Positions 11,900 through 24,065 of a stretch of 64,000 nt of DNA are shown piece after piece (within the stretch, counting starts at the first letter, position 1; each line of letters begins with the position of its first letter). The DNA is from Octopus vulgaris. Its lineage: Eukaryota. Under the pieces are notes generated by a model that ran no database searches, was not told the DNA's origin, and worked only from the letters and a program-made list of their open reading frames with translations. Made by a program: the position numbers and the translations under genes. The stretch is taken from the NCBI GenBank assembly GCA_951406725.2, contig OX597814.1, forward strand, positions 8,060,001-8,124,000, given 5' to 3'.

Positions 11900-13110
11900 T
11901 ATTATCATTATTATCATCATCATCATTATTGTTATTATCTTCCCAGGTTTGGTTGGAGCTCCTAGAGTTTTGCATGCATAGAGAACTTGCTGCCTGCAGC
12001 CTATGGTACCATGCTATTCTTTTCAGCTCTCTAATACTTCCCTGATTATCCTGGCTGTGCCAAGGAGACAACTCTTTTGTAACATATCTATTGGGCACTC
12101 TATTCCAATTTCCTTGATATTCCTCTTGATGCCTTCTGATATTGTCCACAAGGAGGCAGCAATAATTGGCACTATCTTCACCTTCTTCGTTTTCCATAGC
12201 CAGGTTATTTCATACTTAAGATGGTTATATCTATCTTTTCACCTTCCTTCTTGGCTATTCATAGGTCAAAGGGGCATGCAACATCAACCATATAGCACAT
12301 GGGGTGTATCTTGTTGACCACCATAGGGTCTGGTCCATTATGCTCAGACACCTGATCTGTTTGGATTGGGAAATCCCAGAGGATTTTGCTAGTCTCTAAC
12401 TCCACCACTCTTTCTGGTTTGTGCTCATACCACATCTTGTCTCTCTCTCTAGCCTCCACTTTGTGCACAGTTTCCAATACAGCACTTTCACAACCTGGTT
12501 GTGTCACCACAACTTGTAGTGATTTGGGGCAAGTCTAAGGCATTCATTCATGATATGGGCAATGGTTTGATCCATCTCTATTGCAGATGTGGCACTGTGG
12601 ACATGCTTGCTCATTCCTAAGGTTGACCCTCCAGTTCGTGACCAAAGCCTGGTCCTGCGCTGCCACTATAGTGCTCTCGGTCTTTTTCTTTTAGGGTTCC
12701 TTTCATCAGCCGATCCCACCTATTTTTTCCAGCAACTTCTGTTGTGTCTCTATGGATTTGATTGTGTAGTCCCTTCTTGCGTAGTTTTTCTTCAAGTCCC
12801 TTTTGTATTTCTTCCTTTGTTTTCTCTTTTTTCCCTGCTCTCAATACTCCCTCATTCCTAATGGTGACTAGCAAGATTTCCTTACTTTGGGTTACGTATC
12901 TCATTAAGCTCTGGAGTTTGGTACGTATGCAGTCTTCCACACTTATCAGTCCTCTTCCTCCATTTTCTCTCTTCCTGTATGAGCAATCAGTGTCAGCATG
13001 TGGATGATAGGTTCCATGCATTGTTAAGAGCTTTCTTGATTTCTTGTCCATCTCCTTTAGTTCCTCCTCTGTCCATTTCAGGATTCCAACACCATACCAG
13101 CCGTTGAAGA
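11900..13110 (-). mobile_element. Second R4/Dong-like LINE 3' fragment with (AAT/GAT)n tail
   Basis: YGVGILKWTEEELKEMDKKSRKLLTMHG..GGRGLISVEDC, WYEHKPERVVE, ILWDFPIQTD; tail at 11900-11940. Confidence 0.8.
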
Positions 13111-13494
13111 ATTGGGACCTAGAGATCTCCATTTCCAGCAACTTTGAGGGCCACCTCCCAGTGGTGTTGGGTGTCAAAGAAGAGCCCCCGACTACAACAA
13201 GATGACCAAAGTTTTTTTTTCGAAGGTCTGGGGTGTCCGGCCCCTAAGCCCTAGACATCACCTAATCACCCTTACCTGTCTTGTTGCTTAACAACAACAA
13301 CAACAACAACAGCAACAACAGCACCATACCGAACTACTGCAACTGCGCACGAGTTTATTACCGAAATTATGTTTCTAACATTCAGCTTTGAAGCCAATAC
13401 TTTTCTCACTCATTCGCTGTAGGTATTCTCTTTTTGTCTTTCCCTCCATGTCGTTGTGTCTGATTCCATCTACCTCAAGTATTCCCTTGTAATC

Positions 13495-13980
13495 ATAATT
13501 ATCGGCAATGTCCCCCCCCACCACCACCACCACTAGATAAAATTAATTCCTAGAATTTCATTAAGTAAATTACTTGTTTCCCCACTGTTTAAATTCCACT
13601 TCTATTAGAATATCGTCCCAAAGCAAACTTGCTTGTTCGCAGCGCTAAAGTAGCTTCCGGTTGCAGCTTACTGTTTAAAAACCCTTAGCTTCATTGTGCT
13701 CCCTCATTCCTTTACCAAATGATGTCCGAGACGTGAGCTAAGACTATTTCTTTCTTCTATCTCATTTTCCCATTCCTGACTTCATTTCGCCGTTAATACC
13801 TTAAATGTTTATTACTAATCAGCTTGTCTACCATGTACTAATTAATTATTGGCAATGCCCCCCAGCCCAACAGATAAAATAAATTTCTAGAATTTCGTTA
13901 AGTAAATTACTTGTTCCCCCACTGCTTAAATTCCACTTCTATTAGAATATCGTCCCAAAGCAAACTTGCTTGTTTGCAGT
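13495..13980. repeat. Diverged direct repeat, ~140 bp x2 (13495-13641 and 13844-13980)
   Basis: Both copies contain tagaatttc.ttaagtaaattacttgtt.ccccactg.ttaaattccacttctattagaatatcgtcccaaagcaaacttgcttgtt. Confidence 0.85.
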
Positions 13981-14739
13981 GTGGCCGCCCTTGCCCACCC
14001 CCACCACCAGTACCGGATATCTCTATTGTGTTTGTCCCACCATCTCCACCGGATATCCTTTCTCCCACCACTATAACAGTTGTCTATTCTCACACATGCT
14101 TCATGGGCTCCCTTATGTTCTCTTCTGTCCAGAAATTTGTTACCACCCACTAAGTTATTTCTTTTCGCAATTCCTCCTCCTTCACTGGTGCTGCTCCCTG
14201 TACTCCTCCACTCTCTCTTATTCTCTCACTATTCCTCTCCCCTTCTCTTTCTTTATCTCTTCCCTCTCTTTATCTCCCTCCCTCCCTGGCCTTATGTAGT
14301 GAAGTGGGGCAGAAAGCCATGTGTACCTATTTCTGAGTGGGGGTGTGCTTGTGTATATATAGGAATGAGCCTTTTTTTTCCCCTCTGAACCCTCCTTGCT
14401 GGTGGTACCCTCCTTTATCTCTGCAATCCCCCTCTACCCACGCAATGCAACATTTCCAGCCAACACCCTCGTAACCTAACATTGAAGTATCCATTTGCCA
14501 ATCTGCTACCCTGCATGTATCTGCATTGCTCATGACCATAATGCTTATGCTTACAATGCTACTAACACCAGCTCCTACCACCAGTAGGGGCAACATCCTT
14601 AACATGCTTGAATGTTGTCAGGATGGAAGAGGGGTAGAAAGAAAACGAGAAAGGATTAAGCATGCCAAACAAACAAACATCACCACAACAGCCCTCTTCT
14701 TTTCAGGCGCTGAATTACATCCCTCCACTCCAAACCTCA

Positions 14740-16078
14740 CCCCACATTTCCTTCCCAGTTTTCAGAGTTGGCACTGTCAATGTTGGCACAATGAAAGGTA
14801 GGTCTTGTGAGATTGTGGAGATGCTTGAAAGGAGATGGGTTGATGTATGCTGCATACAAGAGGTAAGATGGAGAGGAGCTTCAGCTAGGGTCCTCACAAG
14901 CAAGGCACATATGTACAAAGTCTTCTGGCAAAGTAACACGGATGATGTAGGGGGTGTAGGCATACTCCTCTTAGAGAAATGGGTGGATAAGGTTATAGAG
15001 GTTGTTAGGGTATGCGATAGAGTGCTTAAACTTAGGCTAGTCCTGCAGAATAGCAGAGCAACTATCATCTCCAAATGATCGGAAGGACCACTTTTATGAT
15101 ATTCTTCTACAGGCTATTTCAAACACGAGTGGTAATGACCTCATCTTTGTGGCTGGAGACTTTAATGGGCATGTGGGGCAGGAAGCAGGTATCTTCACTG
15201 GGGTACACGGTGGCCATGGTATTGGCACTCGAAATGATGAGGGAACCAGGCTACTGGAGTTCTGTGATGAATGTAATCTTCTAATCTGCAACAACTCAGG
15301 AAGCCAAGACAGCCACCTGATAACCTATCAATCAGGCAACTCTTCTAGCCAGATGGATTTCATCCTCACCAGACAGCGGGACGCAGGGTTGCTCTTAAAT
15401 GCAAAGACCCTCCCGGGTGAAGAATGTACCCCCCACCATAGGCTAGTCATTAGTGACTTTAAGCTTGAGGCCAGAAGGATACCAAGAAGCAAACCAATCC
15501 AAAAAAAAGAAGGATTTGGAAGCTAAAGAACCCTTCTCATGGTCAGAGATTTAGGGACATCCTCATCAAGAAATTTGAGGAGAGGGAGGAGGAGCTACAG
15601 GCATCGGACATAGAAGGTAGTTGGAAATTCCTATGAGACAGCTTACTGAGCACCACAGACCAAGTCTGTGGCTGGTGCAAAGTCCCTTCCAGACCTAGAG
15701 TTATGTGGTGGTGGAATAGTACAGTAGACAAGGCCATCAGTACAAAGAAACAGGCCTGGAAAGCCTGGAAGGATGGGGTAGCAGGGAACGGTACCAAGTA
15801 GCCAAAAGGGAGGCTAGGCAGCAGGTATACATAGCCAAGAGCGTAGCAGAAAAGAAGAAGTTTGCCAATGCCCAGAGACGTGAGGACCAAAGGACTGAGG
15901 TATTTCGGATTGCAAGACAGTGTGTGAGAGAAAATTGCGATGTCACAGGGGAGAAATGTGTTCGAATGGATGATGGGGCACTTGCTTTTAGTGATTCTGA
16001 AAAGAAAGAGGCTTGGAGAAGCCACTATGAAAGACTGCTGAATGTGGAGAATGAATGGAAAGAGGAGAGCCTTCCAAA
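14740..16078 (+). mobile_element. RTE-clade LINE, AP endonuclease and linker region, degenerate
   Basis: RVGTVNVGTMKGRS..VDVCCIQEVRWRG, AGDFNGHVG, SQMDFILTR, HRLVISD. Confidence 0.9.
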
Positions 16079-16264
16079 AACATCTTTAGTGTCCATATTA
16101 ATCTGTCAAATGTAATGCTTAGTTGTTCACATTATTTTGAATTATTCAGGTTCAAGAGGAGTGGCCACAATATTTGCTTGTAAATTTGTAAATTTTTTAC
16201 ATATAGATTTGAAATTTTGTCAGTGGGTGCTTTATATACCACTGGTTTATAGTTATGTAATTTT

Positions 16265-18130
16265 TGACGAATGGCTAATAAGGGCTGTACAGGCTCTATA
16301 CAGAGAGGCTATCAGCAAGGTTAGGATTGGCAACGAATATAGTGAAGAATTCTGGGTAGAAGTAGGCGTGCACCAAGGCTCAGCCCTCAGTCCCCTTTTA
16401 TTCATAGTCCTCCAGGCAATAACAGAGGAATTCAAAACAGGATGCCCCTGGGAGCTCCTCTATGCTGATGACCTGGCTCTCATAGCAGAATCACTACCGG
16501 AACTGGAAAAGAAATTTCGGGTGTGGAAGCAAGGGTTAGAATCAAAGGGCCTTAGAGTAAATGTAGCAAAGACCAAAGTTATAGTAAGCAGAAAGGCGAA
16601 CTCAGCACACCCCCCCCCCCCCTCGGGCAGGTGGCCCTGCTCGATCTGTAGGAAAGGTGTAGGTAGAAACTCCATAAGATGCACCCAATGTAAGTTATGG
16701 ACACACAAGAGGTGCAGCAACATTAAAGGGAGATTAACAGATAAGATAGCTTTCATGTGCGGCAGATGCACAGGGACAATAGACACCACAGACACTCAGA
16801 AAACAGATTCCATCACACTCCAGGGAGAGAAACTAGAAGTAGTTGATAGTTTCCGCTACCTGGGTGACCAAGTTAGTAGTGGAGGTGGATGCACAGAGAG
16901 TATCACCACTAGAATATGAATAGCCTGGGCAAAGTTCAGAAAGCTCCTATCCCTACTGGCGACAAAGGGTCTCTCCCTCAGAGCAAAAGGTAGATTGTAT
17001 GATGCGTGTGTGCGAACTGCCATGCTTCACGGTAGTGAAATATGGGCTGTGACTGCAGAGGACATGCGTAGACTTGAAAGAAATGAAGCTAGCATGATCC
17101 ACTGGATGTGTAATGTCAGTGTGCACGCACGACAGAGTGTAAGCACCCTGAGAGAAATGCTGGATATAAGAAGCATCAGATGTGGTGTGCAAGAGCGACA
17201 CTTGCGATGGTATGGTCATGTACTGCGGATGGATGAGGAGAGATGTGTGAAGAAGTGCCACTCCCAAACAGTTGAAGGTATCAGGGGGAGAGGTAGACCC
17301 AGGAAGACATGGGATGAGGTAGTCAAGCATGACCTCAGAGCGTTGGGCCTCACTGAGGCAATGGCGAAGGACCGAGATCTCTGGAGATATGCTGTGACTG
17401 CAAAGACCCGGGATGCATCAGTTCCGCATAGCCCCTGCCCATTCAAAGTACCCCGGATCCCAGAACGTCCTGCTGTGCTTGAGGAGACCTGTTGAGTCAA
17501 GTACATGAACATGAACGTCGAAATAAATATCAATGGAAATTGTAGTTGTGATGCCTGTGGCGGTGGCACATAAAAAGCACTATCCGAACATGGCCAATGC
17601 CAGCGCCGCCCCGACTGGCTTCTGTGCTGGTGGCACATACAAAGCACCATCCAAACGTGGCCGATGCCAGCGCCGCCCCGACTGGCTCCTGTGTGCCGGT
17701 GGCACATAAAAAGCACTATCCGAACGTGGCCGATGCCAGCGCCGCCCCGACTGGCTTCTGTGCCGGTGACACATAAAAAGCACCATCCAAACGTGGCCGA
17801 TGCCAGCGCCGCCCCGACTGGCTCCTGTGCTGGTGGCACATAAAAAGACCATCCAAACGTTGCCAGCTTCCGTGCCGCTGGCATGTTAAAAGCTCCTACC
17901 GATCGTGACCGATGCCGGACCTCCCCTGGCACCTGTGCAGGTGGCACGTAAAAAGCACCCACTACACTCGCGGAGTGGTTGGCGTTAGGAAGGACATCCA
18001 GCCGTAGAAACTCTGCCAGATCAGACTGGAGCCTGGAGCAGCCTCTGGCTTCCCAGACCCTGGTCGAACCGTCCAACCCGTGCTAGCGCGGAAAACGGAC
18101 GTTAAACGATGATGATGATGATGATGATGT
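16265..18130 (+). mobile_element. 5'-truncated RTE LINE (RT, PHD-like finger, thumb, 3' UTR tandem repeats, (GAT)n tail)
   Basis: VGVHQGSALSPLLF, LYADDL, CSIC..CTQC..H..C..CGRC, FRYLG, RGRGRPRKTW; ends aacggacgttaaac(gat)n. Confidence 0.93.
17562..17960 (+). repeat. ~67-bp tandem repeat in RTE 3' UTR
   Basis: GGTGGCACATAAAAAGCAC..GCCAGCGCCGCCCCGACTGGC units start at 17562, 17629, 17698, 17765 and 17832, plus two degenerate units. Confidence 0.9.
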
Positions 18131-18214
18131 TCCCTCTTGACAGGAGAAAGAAATTTCCTGCTGTCTTTGCAAGCAATAAGTGGATGGATTTGGTTTCAGA
18201 TCCAGGCATGCAAT

Positions 18215-18690
18215 AAAACTTAACTACCATCCCTGGACATTCTAATCCACAAAATAGGCCAGAACATTGAAACACATTCATTACAAACCAACAGATCCTA
18301 AAGAATACCTGCTATTCTCGGGTCATCCCAAAGACAGAAAGGCTAGTATGCCATTTAATCAAACCCAGTAGGGAGTAGTGCAGAATTACGCTGAAATGAT
18401 CTATCTTTGGTATCAATTATTTCTACTACACTCAACATGCACCAAGGAATTCTTAACGTAGATCAAGTGACAAAGGTGCATTTGCAGTGGATGATGCCAG
18501 ATAGTCATAAGAGATATATATCTTTATATCCAACTAAATGTGGACATTGTGTTAGAACACCAAAAACTACATTATTTACCTTGAGAGGACCTCTCATAAG
18601 GATGTCCAGTGCATAAAAGCACTCATATTTATATTTTTGGGAAATGGGAACCATCTGCTACATACACTGGAATTGCAGTACACATACTGA
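18215..18690 (+). mobile_element. Degenerate Penelope-like fragment (RT thumb)
   Basis: Shifted frames give LPSLDILIHKIG..YKPTDPKEYLLFSGHPK, like the PLE motif LPFLD..YxKPTD..YL..HP. Confidence 0.6.
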
Positions 18691-18699
18691 GTTGCTTTT

Positions 18700-19160
18700 C
18701 AATTCCTGTCTACGAAATCCACAGAGAAGGCTTTGGCCAGCCCAGGTCTATAGTAGGAGATACTTGTCCCATGTTCCATGCCATGGGATTAAACCACAAA
18801 ACATGTGGTTAGAACATGAATTTCTTCATCATATAGCCATGTCTGGGTACTCCATTGGTTACAATGATGAGTGTTCCAGTCAATCTGATCAATGGAACAG
18901 TCTGCTTATGAAATTAACATGCAATTGGCTGAGCACTCCACAGGCATGCATACCCTTAAAATGATTTGGCGTGACACCGTGTGACAAGGCTGGTCCATTG
19001 AACTACAGGTACAACTCAGTTTTGTCAACTGAAAGGACTGGAACAATGTAAAAGAAAGAGTCTTGTTCAAGGACACAATGTTCCACTGGGAACCAAACTC
19101 GCTATCATAAGATCATAAGCTGAGTGTCCTAACCAATAAGCCATGTGCTTTCACCATACA
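18700..19160 (-). mobile_element. Two adjacent tRNA-type SINE copies
   Basis: 18845-19160 shares gaaattaacatgcaa.tggctgagcactcca with 48357-48710; 18700-18840 shares the SINE head with 36055-36205. Confidence 0.6.
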
Positions 19161-19235
19161 GCCATACTCTCTATGCTCTGAATACTCTAGCTGCTATTAA
19201 ATAAATTGAACAGAATAAAAATGGTAAATTCTTAC

Positions 19236-19484
19236 CTGTACTGATGGCAGGAATTGCAATTGATGTATAAGACTTTTCTTCAAGAACTGCCAAACAATTT
19301 TGAACAGCTCTTGAAAGGTAATACATTTCCTGATCCATTCCATTATTCCAAATGGGTCGAACAGCATGAATGATAGTCTTGCATTTGAGTCTACCAGCTT
19401 TAGTTGACACTACTTCTCCAGTTTTCAGTTCACTCCTTCTTTCTTTCATAATTTTGTTAGATTCAGCTTGAATTTCAAACCCAC
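19236..19484 (-). CDS. Exon of PARP14/PARP9-like macrodomain gene (macrodomain core)
   Basis: tctttgcag|GT GGG TTT GAA ... AGT ACA G|gtaag, 249 bp, phase 1-1. Encodes GFEIQAES..TGEVVSTKAGRLKCKTIIHAVRP..TSIAIPAIST(G). Confidence 0.92.
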
Positions 19485-19569
19485 CTGCAAAGATATTTGC
19501 CTTCTTATGTTCCTGCTTAATGCATGTTAATATATGTTAATATATGTAATGTATTAATATATATATGAG

Positions 19570-21126
19570 AGGGAGAGAGTCAGTTTAGATGAGATGCAGT
19601 TTGGTTTGTGCCAGGGAGAAGCATCACTGATGTTATATTTCTGGTAAGGCAACTGCAGGAGAGATACCTACCCAGAGATAAACCTCTGTAATTGACTTTC
19701 ATTGACATGGAGAACTCTTTAACAGGGTCCCCTGATCCCTTATCTGGTGGTCAATGTGGAAACTAAGGATAGACGAGTGGTTGATGAGAGCTGCACAAGC
19801 CATGTACAGGGATACTGTTAGTAAGATGAGGGTTGACAACTAGAATAGTGAAAGATTCAAGGACGGGTTCACTGTTCCCACTTGTTCATCATAGTGATAA
19901 CAGAGGAATTGAAGACAAGCTACTCCCAGTGCAGCAATATCAAAGGAAGGTTGACAGAGAAGATAGTTCACATGTGTGGAAGGTGCACAGGTCAATAAAC
20001 ACCAAAAATATACAGAAAATAGATTCCATCACATGCTGGGTGGGGGAAACCATAAGTAATCAATAGCTTCCATTCACTTGGTGACCAAGTCTGTAGTTGG
20101 GAGGGATGCTCTGAGCATAGCTGCTAGAATAAGAATAGTCTGGGCAAAGTTCAGAGAACTCCTAGCTCTGCTGGTAACAAAAAACTTCTCACTCAGAGTG
20201 AAAGGTAGACTATATGATGCCTGTGTGCAAATAGCCATGCTATACGACAGTAAAACATAGGCTGTGATTGCTGAGGTCATGCGTAAGTATGCTCTGCTGG
20301 ATGTGTAATGTCAGTGTGCATACACAACAAAGTGTAAGTGCCCCAAGAGAAGAGTTGGACATAAGAAGCATCAGATGAGGTGTGCAAGAGAGACAACTGC
20401 ACTGGAAAGGTCATGTGCTACATATGGATGAGGACAGCTGTGTGATGAAGTGTCACACACTCTAACAGAGGAGGGAACCTGTGGAAGAGGTAGGTCCTGG
20501 AAGACATAGGATGAGGTGGTGAAGGATGACCTTTGAACATTAGGCCTTACAGAAGCAATGACAAGTGACCAAAACCATTGGAAATATGCCATGCTTGAGA
20601 AGACCCAACAAACCAAGTGAAATCGTACTTGTAGCCTATGCCTATGTCACATAACTGGCCCACTTAAAAGCACCCTTCAATCATCAAGCGATATGCTGTG
20701 CTTTGAAAACTTGATGAACCAAGAGAAATTGTAGTTGTAGCCTCACTGGCACCAGTCACATAAAAAGCACCATTCAAGTGTGGCCGATGCCAGTGACACT
20801 TGACTGGCACCAATTCTGGTGGCACATAAAAAGCATTGTTCAAGCATGACTGATGCCAGTACTGCCTAATTGGCATCCATGCTGGTTACACATCAAATGT
20901 ACCATTTGAGTGTGACCAAAGATGTCTGACTGGCACCCATGCTGGTGATGCATAAAAAGCAGTGACTACATTCTCAGAGTAGTTGCCGTTAGGAAGGGCA
21001 TCCAGCTGTAGAAACTTTGCCAAATCAGATTGGAGCCTAGTGCAGCTTCCCAGCTTACTAGTTCTCAGTCAAACTGTCCAACACATGCCAACATGGAAAG
21101 TGGATGTTAAATGATAACGATGATGA
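19570..21126 (+). mobile_element. Old, internally deleted RTE LINE 3' part
   Basis: Similar to 27160-29138 (ARIRIVWAKFRELL, KGRLYDACV); 3' UTR repeats and GAT tail. Confidence 0.85.
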
Positions 21127-21139
21127 TATATATATAATA

Positions 21140-21860
21140 TAATGTTGTGTTAGAAAGGTCCAACTTCAACAATAGCATACACTATATTGAATCAAATATA
21201 AAAAGATCTAGAAGATGCATACAGAGGAAAATCTTACTGTTTAACTCACCTTATAGCATGACTGTAGCTATTAACATAGCAAGAAAATTTTAAAAATCAA
21301 CAGACAACCACTTTCCACATTCACACATATACCACAATATCTTCAACAGAAATACTGTTAAAGTTAGCTATACTTACCTCCCCAATATAGGGTCAGAGAT
21401 ACTCAATAGCACACCAGAAATACCCTTGAAAGACGATGCAAATGTAAATCTTCAAGCTGCATCCCTCTAAATAACAACTGTCTTGAGAAAGAACTCATAC
21501 ACAAAGCCATGATCATGGATCCTAATGGAGTAGCAAAGACATATATCAGAATGACGAGCAACTTATTTAAGGAAAGGTATACACAACACCTGGCATCATT
21601 CAAATACAAAACAAGAAACATACAACATCCTTATCAAATATGATATGGGCATTGAAAAGAAGGTGGAATAAGCAACCCCCAGATAAAATGGAATATTATT
21701 GTTAAAGCCAAAAAAATACAGAGGATGGCGTACCAAATGTGAACTCTGTATTATGGAATAACTAAATATACAATCAACAAATAACATCCTAAATATTAGG
21801 GATAAAATCTTCTCTCCCTGCTTATAGAAGCAATATTTTACAATCAAATAATTCAAAGGA
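21140..21860 (+). mobile_element. Degenerate Penelope-like element (linker + GIY-YIG)
   Basis: Translates RKILLFNSPYS..DNHFPHSHIYHNIFNRNTVKVSY, CIPLNNNCL and TYIRMTSNLFKERYTQHLASFK. Confidence 0.75.
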
Positions 21861-22439
21861 GAATGACTATCTGCGCCATTAATCTCACTTGGATAACTAT
21901 TTTCCTCAATGTGAAATTTGAACACACATGGCACACAAATTCCACACTCAGAAGAAATATGTTCCAATGAACTATCTCAGCACATATGTATAAGAAAACC
22001 ATACCCAGAACTTGAAATAAAATAATGCAAACTAATTGACAACACAACTGCTTGTCCAAAAGCCAAATCCAAGCAAGACAAATATTCAAAAATACCACTC
22101 AAGTGTATTGTCCTTTGATTCATTGTTTTATTCACAAGAATCTCCAGGAATTTAATGAGTCTGTGTTTTCCAAAATGGAGCTGAACACCTCACCTCCATA
22201 TGACTGGCTTCAAAACTTGTTAAGACACTAGAAAATTTTTCTACTTTTCTTAGCACGAAAACAATGGTAGCCTTAATTCACAAATATAGAAATTATATAT
22301 CCATCAATCCAGTGTTGGGCACTCATTTTCATCATTTAACATCTCTGTATATACCTATATGTAAATACATGTGTGTGTGTGTGTTTATCATCATCATCAT
22401 CATCATCATCATATAATATATATAAATCTATGTGTGTTG

Positions 22440-22703
22440 TCATCATCATTATCGTTTAATGTCTGTTTTCCAGGCTGCCATGGGTTGGATGGTTTGACTG
22501 AGGACTGGCAAACAAGAAGGCTGCATCAGGCTCCAATCTGATCTGGCAGAATTGCAACAACTGGATGCCCTTCCTAATGCCAACCACTCCGAGAGTGTGG
22601 TGGGTTCTTTTACATGCCACTGGCATGAGGGCCAGTCAGGCAGTACTGGCATCAACTATGCTTGAATGGTGCTTTTTATGTGCCACTGGCACGGGAGCCA
22701 GTG

Positions 22704-22741
<38 letters not shown>

Positions 22742-23976
22742 TATATATATAACTTAGAATAACTTAGAAAGGTTTTGGCCAGTGTTGGCCCAGGCCATGT
22801 CTAACTTAATAGCACCACCTGGCAAAGTCTTTCAATTCAGGATTTGGGCACCAAGACCCATTTGAGCAGAGAGTTATTGTTTGCGGAGACATATCCGGGT
22901 GTGGGTGGTTTGTCCGGGACTGTTTGAAGAAATTTGTCCAAAGAGTCTTACCAGAAATATGGCATCAGTGGTGCTTTTCCCTGGCCCAAAACCAAACTCC
23001 ATCTCGTCCAGGTTGACTCTCTCCCTAATCAGTTGGGCTATGACCCTCTCCGTAACCTTCATTACCTGATCCAACAGCTTGATACCTCTGTAATTATTTG
23101 TATCTAAAGCATCACCTTTACCTTTGTAGCAGTTGACTATTATGCTGCTATACCAGTCATTGGGTGTAACTCCTTTGTGTATCACCTGGTTAACTATACG
23201 GGTGACTAGGCTATAGCCGACACTGCCAGATATTTTGAGCATCTCTGCAGTGATGCCTGATGGGCTGGGGGCTTTCCCTGTCTTCATACTCTTAATTGCT
23301 TTATCTACCAAGGAACAGTCAAGTCGGATAGCTGGTCCTTCTGTTGGGTCGACATTCAACAAACTCTCTTTCTCCCATTCATTTTCTTTATTGAGCAACC
23401 TTTCATCACAGAACTCCAGCAGTCTGGTTCCCTCCTCATTGTGGGAGCCAAAACTGTAGCCTCCGTGTATGCCATTGAAGCCCCTGGCATGTCCATTGAA
23501 GTCACCAGCCACAAAGCGAAGGTCCCTGTCATTCGTCAATGCGGTAGTGTGCAAGAGTATGTCATAGAATCGGTCTTTCTGTCCATCGGGTAGCCCTGGC
23601 TGAGGGGCATAGGCTGAGATAATGGTTGCTAATCCATGATGGAGCACTAATCTAATCTTAAGTATTCTGTCACATACTCTGACTACCTCAATTACCTTAT
23701 CAACCTATTTCTCTGCTAGAAATATACCCACACCCCCAACCCCATCAGTGCTCCCTACCCAGAAAATCTTGTACCTGTGTTCTTTGCCTGTGAGGAACCT
23801 AGCAGAACCTCCTCTCCACCTTACTTCTTGGATGCAGCATATATCTACACATCTCTGTTCAAGCATCTCAACAATTTCACCAGACCTACCTTTCAGTGTG
23901 CCAACGTTGAGGGTGCCAGCGTTGAGGGTGCCAACCCTGAGGGTGTGGGAGGAATAGGTCCTTGAGACCCTGGGAT

Positions 23977-23977
<1 letters not shown>
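22440..23977 (-). mobile_element. RTE LINE pieces (EN-RT with large deletions at 22946-23977; 3' end at 22440-22703)
   Basis: RVGTLNVGTLKGRS, AGDFNGH, NYRGIKLL, KSTTDAIF; (GAT)n tail at 22440. Confidence 0.85.
22750..22946 (-). mobile_element. ~200-bp 3' end of CR1 family A (same family as 48790-52136)
   Basis: Reverse complement matches ~51945-52118 (ccaggtggtgctattaagttagacatggcctgggcca); tail (TTCTAAGTTA)2. Confidence 0.88.
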
Positions 23978-24011
<34 letters not shown>

Positions 24012-24065
24012 CACACACACACACACACACATATATATACATGCATGTGTATGTGCACATTCATA

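Noticed and set aside
17562-17960. CRISPR-like repeat and the 286-aa minus ORF 17216-18076
   Set aside because: A tandem repeat within the RTE 3' UTR; the ORF is antisense read-through.
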